From contig JAFGNP010000006.1 in the NCBI GenBank assembly GCA_016926975.1, positions 2,696-66,695 of the forward strand: 64,000 nucleotides of DNA, given 5' to 3'. Below, in pieces: positions 28,593-35,993 of the stretch (within the stretch, counting starts at the first letter, position 1; the number at the start of each line of letters is the position of its first letter). Below the pieces are notes generated by a model. It made no database searches, was not told the origin of the DNA, and saw only the letters and a list, made by a program, of their open reading frames with translations. The translations under genes and the position numbers were made by a program. The stretch comes from Coriobacteriia bacterium (lineage in GTDB: Bacteria > Actinomycetota > Coriobacteriia > Anaerosomatales > Anaerosomataceae).

Positions 28593-29129
28593 ATGCGCTG
28601 CGACAAGAGACTGGTGGTCCTAGCCCTCGTGCTCGCGAGCATGTTGGTGTTGGTGGGCTGCGGATCGGAAGCCGCCACCGATACGGCAGAAGAGACTCAG
28701 GCGAGCGCTGGCGACGTCGCCGCGCTGCCCGAGGTCGATGCAGTCGCCTCCAAGACCGGTTGGGCGCTTATGCAGGAAAAGTGTACGGTCTGCCACCCGA
28801 TTGCCACAGTCAATGAGGCCAGACTCAGCTGGGAAGAGTGGAAGACGGCCGTAGGTCACATGCTCGACAACGGCGCCACTCTGACCGATGCCGAGCAGCA
28901 GGCGGTACTCGAGTACCTGAGGACCAGGGACGAGGTCTTCGCCACCGGACCGTCGGTCTTCCAGCAGGAGTGCATGGTCTGCCACACCACGCAGCGCGTG
29001 AACGAAGCGGCATACGACTGGACCGGTTGGGAGACCGCCGTAGACCACATGATCGCGAACGGTGCCCAGATCGATCAAGCGCGCAGGGCTGTGATCGTCG
29101 AGTACCTGGCGATACGCGGGCCGCAGTAG
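28593..29129 (+). CDS. Dihaem c-type cytochrome lipoprotein
   Basis: ATG 28593 with AAGGAGG upstream. Lipobox LVGC. Two copies of a roughly 65-aa unit, each with CxxCH (CTVCH, CMVCH) followed by R.S/Y.W..W..AV.HM..NGA.....E/R...V.EYL. Confidence 0.75.
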   Translation: MRCDKRLVVLALVLASMLVLVGCGSEAATDTAEETQASAGDVAALPEVDAVASKTGWALMQEKCTVCHPIATVNEARLSWEEWKTAVGHMLDNGATLTDAEQQAVLEYLRTRDEVFATGPSVFQQECMVCHTTQRVNEAAYDWTGWETAVDHMIANGAQIDQARRAVIVEYLAIRGPQ

Positions 29130-29187
29130 GCTCAGGGTCTCATTCGCCGAATATCGGCCGTTACGACACGGGGCGTTCGCGCCGCGG

Positions 29188-30204
29188 CTAGACGAGCAGT
29201 CCGCCGAAAGCGTTGAACGCGTAACCGATCGCGAGGATACCGGTCACGACCAGCCCGAAGAACGTGGCCAGAAGCGGCGTCTTCACGACCTTCTTCAACA
29301 TCACGAGGGATGGCAGCGAGAGCGCCGTGACCGCCATCATGAACGCGAGCGCGGTGCCGATGCCCACGCCCTTGGCCACGAGCGCCTCGGCTATCGGAAG
29401 GGTGCCGAAGATGTCGGCGTACATCGGCACGCCCACGAGTGTGGCGAGCACCACCGAGAACGCGTTCTTCTCGCCCAGAACGGCAGCCACCCACTCGGCC
29501 GGTATCCATCCGTGGATGATGGCGCCTATGCCCACTCCGGCCAGCACGTACAGCCAGACCCGTTTCACGATGTCGGTCACTGCCTGCCAGCCGAAGGCGA
29601 TGCGGTCGCGGCGTGTCATCTCGGGCAACTCGGCATCCGCCAGGTGCGCGCCGTACACGAACGGTTCCACGAACCGCTCGAGTTTGAGCGCGCTGATGGT
29701 GGAGCCGCCGATGATGGCGAGCACCAATCCGGTGATCACGTAGGCGGCGGCGATCTTCCAGTTGAAGATGCTTGCCAGCAAGATGACTGAGGCGAGGTCC
29801 ACCAGCGGCGAGCATATGAGGAACGAGAACGTCACGCCGATAGGAAGACCCGCCGAGGTGAACCCGATGAAGAGCGGGATCGACGAACACGAGCAGAACG
29901 GCGTCAGAGTGCCGAGCAGCGCGCCGAGGGTGTTCGCTCCGATGCCGCTGAAGCGGCCGAGGATACGCTTGGTGCGCTCGGGAGGGAAGTAGCTCTGCAC
30001 GTACGAGATGGTGAAGATGAGCACCGAGAGCAGTACGAAGATCTTCACGACGTCGTAGACGAAGAACTGGATGCTCGCGCCCAGGCGTTCGTCCAACGGC
30101 AGGCGGAGCACGTTCTCGACGAACGCGCCAACCAGGTCGTTGAGCCAGAGCATCTTCAGGAGCTGGTCGTTCATCCAGGCGAACATGTCTGCAGCGCACC
30201 CCAT
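29188..30204 (-). CDS. Permease of the DUF318/ArsP-like family
   Basis: About 338 aa, polytopic, with the TPFCSCSSIP motif typical of this family. Only the 3' part of track ORF 29188..30927 is used. The start is ATG 30204 or 30186. Confidence 0.75.
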   Translation of the reverse strand: MGCAADMFAWMNDQLLKMLWLNDLVGAFVENVLRLPLDERLGASIQFFVYDVVKIFVLLSVLIFTISYVQSYFPPERTKRILGRFSGIGANTLGALLGTLTPFCSCSSIPLFIGFTSAGLPIGVTFSFLICSPLVDLASVILLASIFNWKIAAAYVITGLVLAIIGGSTISALKLERFVEPFVYGAHLADAELPEMTRRDRIAFGWQAVTDIVKRVWLYVLAGVGIGAIIHGWIPAEWVAAVLGEKNAFSVVLATLVGVPMYADIFGTLPIAEALVAKGVGIGTALAFMMAVTALSLPSLVMLKKVVKTPLLATFFGLVVTGILAIGYAFNAFGGLLV

Positions 30205-30248
30205 CCTGTCCTGCGAACTCTCCCTCTTGTGCTGCCGGTACTCTCTCC

Positions 30249-30276
30249 ATATACTTCGATGAGTATCGAAGTATAT
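30249..30276. promoter_or_regulatory. Perfect 12-4-12 inverted repeat in divergent promoter region (candidate ArsR operator)
   Basis: ATATACTTCGAT gagt ATCGAAGTATAT is AT-rich in a GC-rich genome. It lies between the divergent permease and DUF2703 genes. Confidence 0.45.
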
Positions 30277-30295
30277 TCTGTCGCAGTATACACGA

Positions 30296-30805
30296 ATGCC
30301 GGGTGGCGCAAGCGCCACGATGGGGCGGGAGTTCCGATCGTTCGAAGGAGGCCTTGTGAGCTGTGGTTGTAGCGGGCCGGTGAAGGTGCTCGTCGAGTTG
30401 GAGTACCTGGTGGTAGACGGTTCTACTTGCGAGCGCTGCGGCAGCACTCGCGAGGCGGTCCGGGCCGCAGTGACCGACGCGCGGGCGCTGTTCTCCTCAG
30501 CCGCTGTCGAGCTGGAGCTTGTCGAGCGCGAACTGGGAGCTTCGGAACTCGGGGACTCGAACCGGGTGCTGGTGAACGGTCGGCCCGCCGAGGAATGGCT
30601 GGGTGGTCGCTCGGTGATGACCGAGTGCGTCTCCTGCAGCGATATGCTCGGCACTGCGGTGTCCTGCAGGGAGGTCGAGGTGGGCGGGGTCCGCACCGAG
30701 GCGGTCGGTCGGGACGTAGTCTTCGACGCGATCATCGCGGCGTCCGGGACCGCTGCCGTCGGTGAGCCCACTGTTACTCTCGTCGGAGGGCCGGGGTGCG
30801 GTTGA
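30296..30805 (+). CDS. DUF2703 domain protein
   Basis: The pattern VELEYLVVDGSTCERCGST ... VLVNGRP.E ... ECVSCSDMLG..VSCREVEV matches the Cys pattern I recall for DUF2703, a family often linked to arsenic/redox loci. Start uncertain. The terminal TGA is discussed in findings. Confidence 0.6.
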   Translation: MPGGASATMGREFRSFEGGLVSCGCSGPVKVLVELEYLVVDGSTCERCGSTREAVRAAVTDARALFSSAAVELELVERELGASELGDSNRVLVNGRPAEEWLGGRSVMTECVSCSDMLGTAVSCREVEVGGVRTEAVGRDVVFDAIIAASGTAAVGEPTVTLVGGPGCG

Positions 30806-30871
30806 GGAGGAGACTCGTGCGACCCCGGTCCGGAGGTCGAGTTCGTGGGGCCCGAAGGCGCCACATGAGAC

Positions 30872-31129
30872 ATGCCGTCGGCGTGGCGTGTCCGCGTCGT
30901 CGAGAAGCGGCTTGAGAGCGTAGGCATCCGCGCGCTGGTGAGCGAGCGCGATGTCTACGCGCTTGATTCGGCCGACCGCGCGGCGGTGTTGGACGTCCTC
31001 GTCGGGGCCGAAGCATCCTTCCCGATGGTGCTCGTGAACGGGGCGGTCGTCTGTCACGGAGGAGTGGATCTGGATGCCGTCGCACGCAGCCTGCAGCAAG
31101 GACCCGCAAGTGCCGGCCGCTGTTGCTGA
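30872..31129 (+). CDS. Small thioredoxin-fold-like protein (ATG-bounded minimum; may extend upstream through TGA 30866-30868)
   Basis: 85 aa with SFPMVLVNGAVV (a cis-Pro strand pattern) and a C-terminal CC. No good RBS precedes ATG 30872. A GGAGG-spaced GTG lies at 30845, but an in-frame TGA intervenes. Confidence 0.35.
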   Translation: MPSAWRVRVVEKRLESVGIRALVSERDVYALDSADRAAVLDVLVGAEASFPMVLVNGAVVCHGGVDLDAVARSLQQGPASAGRCC

Positions 31130-31433
31130 GCTGGTAGCCGAAGAGCAGCTCGATGTCGCTCTCAAGGCGCTCGCCTCGGCACAGCGCCGCGAGATAGTGC
31201 GCTTCCTGCTTGCGAGTTGTGCAGCCGCAGGCAAGACCTGTTGTGCGGCCGACGAAGTGTGCGCGTGCAAGCTCTCGGAACACCTCGGTCTTGCCGCGTC
31301 GACGGTCTCTCACCACATGACTGCGCTGAAGGACGCCGGTATCGTGACGGCGCGCAAGGACGGCACCTGGGTCTACTACACGGTGCAGCGCGACGTGCTC
31401 CGTGCGGTGGCCGGATCGATCGAAGGGTTGTAG
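31074..31433 (+). CDS. ArsR/SmtB family metalloregulator
   Basis: LASAQRREIVRFLL ... CACKLSEHLGLAASTVSHHMTALKDAGIV..RKDGTWVYY is a winged-helix ArsR pattern with a Cys cluster before the recognition helix. The start is uncertain (overlaps the previous ORF). Confidence 0.8.
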   Translation: MPSHAACSKDPQVPAAVAELVAEEQLDVALKALASAQRREIVRFLLASCAAAGKTCCAADEVCACKLSEHLGLAASTVSHHMTALKDAGIVTARKDGTWVYYTVQRDVLRAVAGSIEGL

Positions 31434-31466
31434 CGGCCGTAACAGGCTCGACCGGGAAGGGACTGC

Positions 31467-31712
31467 GTGAGGGAGATCAAGATCCTCGGCACGGGATGTG
31501 CCAAGTGCAAGCAGCTGGAGAAGACGGTGCGCGAGGCGGTCGACGAGATGGGCCTCGACGCGTCGGTAGAGAAGGTCACCGAGCTCACCGACATCATGTC
31601 GTACGGCATCATGTCCACGCCCGGTCTGGTGGTCGACGGCGAAGTGCGCCTCTCCGGACGCCTACCCAAGGTCTCCGAGGTCAAATCGATCCTAGAGCGT
31701 GCGGGAGCCTAG
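31467..31712 (+). CDS. Thioredoxin-fold redox-active disulfide protein 2 family
   Basis: 81 aa reading MREIKILGTGCAKCKQLE...STPGLVVDGEV. This is the usual partner of ArsR and DUF318 permeases. Confidence 0.8.
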   Translation: MREIKILGTGCAKCKQLEKTVREAVDEMGLDASVEKVTELTDIMSYGIMSTPGLVVDGEVRLSGRLPKVSEVKSILERAGA

Positions 31713-31713
31713 C

Positions 31714-32196
31714 GTGAGCGACGAGCGGGCCGAGGGTGCGATGCCTCAAACGGAGGCCGCTCCTGTGGCCTGGCGCCGGGGCAGGCTCCGGGTCGCGCTG
31801 ATCGCGCTGACGGTTATCGCGGTCGTCGGTGTCGCGGCGTTCCTCTCCGCCGAGGGCCCGGAGTCTCCTGCGCCTACGGGTGGTCCCTCGGTCACACTCG
31901 ACGCGGCGCTCGCCGCGGGGGAGCCTGTCTACATCCTCATTCACTCGCTCACTTGAGCCTCCTGCACCGAGCTCGCGGCGGTCGCTGCGGAGGTCATGCC
32001 CGAGTACGAGGGCCGCATCGTATACGTAGATGTGGTGACCAGCGAGCCTTCGGCCCGGCCGGTCCTCGAGCGCTACCCCACGCGGTACATCCCGACCTCG
32101 GTGTTCGTAGGCGCTGACGGTGCGGTGGTGGAGACCGTGATGGGCCCGCTGACCGAGGCGGGACTTCGGACGCGTTTGGACGTGCTCGCCGAGTAG
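31714..32196 (+). CDS. Membrane-anchored thioredoxin-like protein with in-frame TGA (candidate Sec, UxxC) at 31954-31956
   Basis: Track ORFs 31699..31956 and 31996..32196 are in the same frame. Joined, they read PVYILIHSLT-TGA-ASCTELAAVAAEVMPEYEGRIVYVDV..YIPTSVFV. This aligns residue for residue with the CPFC thioredoxin-like lipoprotein at 63420. N-terminal TM anchor. Start GTG 31714 has GGGAG upstream. Confidence 0.6.
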
Positions 32197-32320
32197 CCGC
32201 CCGATTTGGAGGGGCTGCCTGCGCCAGCGCTACCCTCCTGGGGAATATTCGCACTACCTGTATGTACGGTGGTGCGCTGGCTCTGGGTCCGCCTTGCGAA
32301 CGCGTCCGGTGCCGCTATGC

Positions 32321-32349
32321 TTGCATAAGAGATGATGCAGACTGCATAG
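32321..32349 (+). promoter_or_regulatory. Conserved upstream motif, copy 2 (before oraS)
   Basis: TTGCATAAGAGATGATGCAGACTGCATAG has the same two half-sites and the same 21-nt register as 24925-24953. The second half-site starts 29 nt before the oraS ATG. Confidence 0.45.
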
Positions 32350-32370
32350 GCCGATCGGGGAGGAGCACGA

Positions 32371-32733
32371 ATGGCACGCGAGGACACGTTCGCGGAGGCG
32401 CGCAAGCATCTCGAAGGCCTGACCGACTCCGAGCTCGAGGCTCGCTTCTGGGAGCTGTCCGGGCAGTGCGTTGACCCGATGGTCGAGCTCGCTCGCACGC
32501 ACACGTCTCCCTCGATCGAGCGTAGCGTGCTCATGCGCATGGGAATCGACTCCCTGACCTGCAAGGCCGTGGTGGCCGAGTGCGAGGCGCGCGGTCTGCT
32601 GGGGCATGGTGCAGGTCACGTGATGCTTCTGGCTATGCGCGGGCTCGGTGTGGACGCACCAAGCGCGGCTGCGCGCCTGGCGGCAGGCGAGGGCTGGGAG
32701 TTCGCCGAGTCGAAGTGGGATGACGGGCGATGA
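32371..32733 (+). CDS. oraS: D-ornithine 4,5-aminomutase small subunit
   Basis: 120 aa with F.EAR.HL..L.D.ELE.RFWEL and PSIERSVLMRMG, as in OraS. Overlaps oraE (ATGA). Confidence 0.8.
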   Translation: MAREDTFAEARKHLEGLTDSELEARFWELSGQCVDPMVELARTHTSPSIERSVLMRMGIDSLTCKAVVAECEARGLLGHGAGHVMLLAMRGLGVDAPSAAARLAAGEGWEFAESKWDDGR

Positions 32734-34988
32734 GCGAGCAGGACGTTCACTTCGGCCGCCCGCTTTCAGACCCGCCGCTGTCGCCGGACGAGAAGCTCGA
32801 TGTCGCCGCGCTGCTCGACGGTCTCGAGCACTACCGCCCCCGCCGTCGCGGGTGGACGTGGCGCAAGCGAGTCCCGAACCAGCGCGCCTACGAGTTCACC
32901 TATCACGAGACCGCCGAGCCTCTAGAGCGCAGCATCCCGCTGCCCGCCGCGCACTACTTCGACAACATCGATCCTCAGCCCGACTGCGTGATCACAACGG
33001 AGATAGCTTCGGGCCGCCCGGAAGACGACATCCGCCGCATGCGGATGGCAGCGTGGCACGGCGCGGACCATCTGATGGTCATCCGTACCGCCGGCCAGAG
33101 TCATATGGACGGTCTGCTGGAGGGCACGCCTGAAGGTGTGGGAGGCATCGCGATCACGCGGAAGCAGCTCCGGTTCACGCGCCGCGCGCTCGATCTCATC
33201 GAGGAAGAGGTGGGTCGTCCGGTCAACTTCCACTCCTACGTGAGCGGCGTGGCGGGACCCGAGATAGCCGTGATGTTCGCCGAGGAGGGCGTGAACGGCG
33301 CGCACCAGGACCCGCAGTACAACGTGCTCTACCGCAACATCAACATGTACCGGAGTTTCGTGGACGCCGCGGAGGCCAAGCACGTCATGGCCTCGGCCGG
33401 CATCCTGCAGATAGACGGCGCGCACAACGCGAACGCAACGGCGATCAAGGCGTGGAAGGTGATGGCCGAGCTTCTGGTGCAGCATGCGGTCAACTGCGCG
33501 TTCTCCGAGGCCGTCGGCATGCCGGCCGAGCTGATAGCGCTGTCCACCGTTCCGCCGGACGCGGCGCCCGCGCCCTGCATGCGCATGGACCTACCTTACG
33601 CGATCGCGCTGCGCGACCTGTTCGGCAGGTACAAGATGCGGGCACAGCAGAACACCCGGTACATGGAGTCCGACGGTCGCGACGCGACGGTCTCGCACGT
33701 GATGAACCTGCTCATCTCGCGGCTCACGAGCGCGGATATACAGTCCACGATAACCCCCGACGAGGGGCGCAACGTGCCGTGGCACTACAACAACGTGGCC
33801 GCGGTGGACACTGCCAAGCAGTCGCTCATCGGGATGGACGGCCTGTGCGAGATGGTGAAGATCGACCGTGACAACCCCGAGTTGAAGGCGCGCGTGCGCG
33901 AGGTCAAGGAGCGCGCGGTGCTCTTCCTTGAGGCTATGCTCGAAGACGGCGGGTACTTCGCTGGTGTGGAGAAGGCGTACTTCGTCGATAGCGGCGAGTA
34001 TCCCGAGACCAACGACGACGGTATCGGCAGGGACAGCCAGGGTGGGGTGGCTGCGGGCTCGATCGTGCCGCGCGCTGACGACTATCTGGCGCCGGTGTGC
34101 CACCACTTCGGCGAAAACCACCTGGAGTTGTTGGCAGAGTACGGCGTGTCGCCCGAAAGCCGCGCCTGCGAGTTCATCGGCGGCTGCACGCTGTGCGACG
34201 ACTCGACGGTCCCGTTCATCGACGAGCTCGACCCCACCGACAACGCCCCCCTGCGCCTCATGCAGACTGCAGAAGCGCGCGAGCGAGGGCTCATCACTCC
34301 CGAGGTGGAGTGGGCGGGCGACGGCGTGGTGGTCGTCACGATGTTCCTGCCAGCCTCCGAGCAGGTGGCCGAGGCGGCTGCGCTCGAGCTCGGCCGCGAG
34401 ATGAATCTTGCCGACTGCGAGGTCATCCACAAACGCGTGATGCATCCGGCCGAGGGCGCGCTCGTCGAGCTCAAGGGTCGCCTTGACGCCACGGTCGACC
34501 TCACCACGCTGGAGATTCCGGAGCCGCCTGAGGTCCTCACCGACGAGGAGGTACGCGAGTTCGTGCACGAGCGCAACGTGCGTTGCGTGGCGGCCACCGT
34601 CGGCGAGGACGAGCACTCGGTGGGCATGCGTGAGATCATCGACATCAAGCACGGCGGCCTCGAGAAGTGGGGCTTCTCGGTCACCTACCTCGGGACCAGC
34701 GTACCGATCGAGAAGGTCCTCGATGCAGCCATCGAGCACGCTGCGAGCGCGGTGCTCATCTCCACGATCATCACGCACGCCGACGTTCATCGCGAGATGA
34801 TGCGCAAGCTCTCGGACCTGGCCGAGGAGAAGGGCGTGCGTGGCAGGCTCCTGCTCATCGCCGGAGGCACGCAGGTGACCGACGAGATCGCGCGCGACAG
34901 CGGCATGGACGCCGGATTCGGGCGCAGGACCAAGGGTATCGATGTGGCGAGCTTCATCGTGAAGACGATGCGAGAGCGGGAGATCTAG
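32730..34988 (+). CDS. oraE: D-ornithine 4,5-aminomutase large subunit (PLP and cobalamin-binding)
   Basis: 752 aa. TIM-barrel part plus a C-terminal Rossmann B12-binding module (ATVGEDEHSVGMREI, DxHxxG-like). Size and gene order fit OraE. Confidence 0.85.
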   Translation: MSEQDVHFGRPLSDPPLSPDEKLDVAALLDGLEHYRPRRRGWTWRKRVPNQRAYEFTYHETAEPLERSIPLPAAHYFDNIDPQPDCVITTEIASGRPEDDIRRMRMAAWHGADHLMVIRTAGQSHMDGLLEGTPEGVGGIAITRKQLRFTRRALDLIEEEVGRPVNFHSYVSGVAGPEIAVMFAEEGVNGAHQDPQYNVLYRNINMYRSFVDAAEAKHVMASAGILQIDGAHNANATAIKAWKVMAELLVQHAVNCAFSEAVGMPAELIALSTVPPDAAPAPCMRMDLPYAIALRDLFGRYKMRAQQNTRYMESDGRDATVSHVMNLLISRLTSADIQSTITPDEGRNVPWHYNNVAAVDTAKQSLIGMDGLCEMVKIDRDNPELKARVREVKERAVLFLEAMLEDGGYFAGVEKAYFVDSGEYPETNDDGIGRDSQGGVAAGSIVPRADDYLAPVCHHFGENHLELLAEYGVSPESRACEFIGGCTLCDDSTVPFIDELDPTDNAPLRLMQTAEARERGLITPEVEWAGDGVVVVTMFLPASEQVAEAAALELGREMNLADCEVIHKRVMHPAEGALVELKGRLDATVDLTTLEIPEPPEVLTDEEVREFVHERNVRCVAATVGEDEHSVGMREIIDIKHGGLEKWGFSVTYLGTSVPIEKVLDAAIEHAASAVLISTIITHADVHREMMRKLSDLAEEKGVRGRLLLIAGGTQVTDEIARDSGMDAGFGRRTKGIDVASFIVKTMREREI

Positions 34989-35225
34989 GGGGCGTCTGCC
35001 GCGACGATGTCCTCCAACTTGTTTTTCTCCGTCGGCACCTCTGCTTCATGGATGCGCGACCAGGCTCGCTTCAGATACCATGCCGCCACCGTAACTGCCG
35101 GTGCAAAGGGACTGTCTCGCCTGGGAGTATCGCGGTCTCATGGGCTGTCTGGAGAGTTGATGGTGTCGGACGGTATCCGATAGTGGGCGAGAACGCGGTA
35201 CGATTCAGATGCGAGAAGGAGTGAC

Positions 35226-35993
35226 ATGCGGCCCACAGAGTCGGCAGAAGCGCGCCTCACCATCGTCTACGACAACGACGGTCCGGTGTCCGGGTCGACT
35301 CCGACCGATCCCGCGTTGCGGACCGGATGGGGCTTCTCGTGCTTTGTCGAGGCCGAAGGGATAAGGCTTCTCTTCGACACGGGTGGCGATGGACCGACAC
35401 TTCTGGGGAACATGGCTGCTCTTGGTGTGGACTCTGCATCCATCGACATCCTAGTGCTCTCGCACGAGCACAGCGACCATGTGGGCGGTCTGAGCGCGCT
35501 TCTCGATGAAGGTGCGCGGCCGGTCGCATATGTGCCGCGGTCGTTCTCAGCGGCGTTTCGCGAGACCCTGTCCGCGCGAATCCCGGTCGTGGAGGTCAGT
35601 GGGCCGACCGAGATCGTTCCGGGTGTGCGCACGACAGGCGAGGTGGGGTCGGCGATCGTGGAGCAGTCGCTGGTCTTGGAGACCGGGGAAGGCCTTGTGT
35701 TGATCACTGGTTGCGCGCATCCCGGGATAGTCGAGATCGTCCGTTCGGTGGCCGAGTCAGGTTCGATCTGCCTGGCCGTCGGGGGTTTTCACCTGAAGGA
35801 CCAGGATGTCGCCCGGTGTCACGAGGTCGCCGGGCAGCTCCGGGCGCTCGGTGTGGGGCGGGTCGCGCCCACACACTGCACCGGCGAGACAGGTGTGAGC
35901 AGTCTCGAGGCGGGATTCGGAGACCGTTGCATCCGAGTCGGCCTCGGCTCTCGTATCAGCATCGGTGTCGGCGAGAGACCACCAGATGTCTGA
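35226..35993 (+). CDS. MBL-fold metallo-hydrolase
   Basis: LSHEHSDHVGG (HxHxDH) with later His/Cys ligands. It resembles the MJ0301-like MBL subgroup. Confidence 0.7.
   Translation: MRPTESAEARLTIVYDNDGPVSGSTPTDPALRTGWGFSCFVEAEGIRLLFDTGGDGPTLLGNMAALGVDSASIDILVLSHEHSDHVGGLSALLDEGARPVAYVPRSFSAAFRETLSARIPVVEVSGPTEIVPGVRTTGEVGSAIVEQSLVLETGEGLVLITGCAHPGIVEIVRSVAESGSICLAVGGFHLKDQDVARCHEVAGQLRALGVGRVAPTHCTGETGVSSLEAGFGDRCIRVGLGSRISIGVGERPPDV

Noticed and set aside
30205-30927. N-terminal 240-residue extension of the permease ORF (track ORF 29188..30927, minus strand).
   Set aside because: It is Ser/Thr/Pro/Arg-rich junk running antisense through the DUF2703 gene and across the palindromic promoter region. 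The permease fold begins at MGCAADMFAWMN.
30872-31129. Calling the 85-aa ORF an ArsD metallochaperone.
   Set aside because: The C-terminal half loosely resembles ArsD (LP..L..G..V, terminal CC). However, the N-terminal Cys12/Cys13/Cys18 metalloid site is absent from any reading of the upstream sequence. It is kept as a generic thioredoxin-fold candidate instead.
34989-35225. A possible riboswitch or structured leader in the 237-nt gap between oraE and the MBL-fold gene.
   Set aside because: I could not match any riboswitch core motif or find a convincing conserved-looking stem architecture by eye. It is left unannotated and would need a covariance-model scan.
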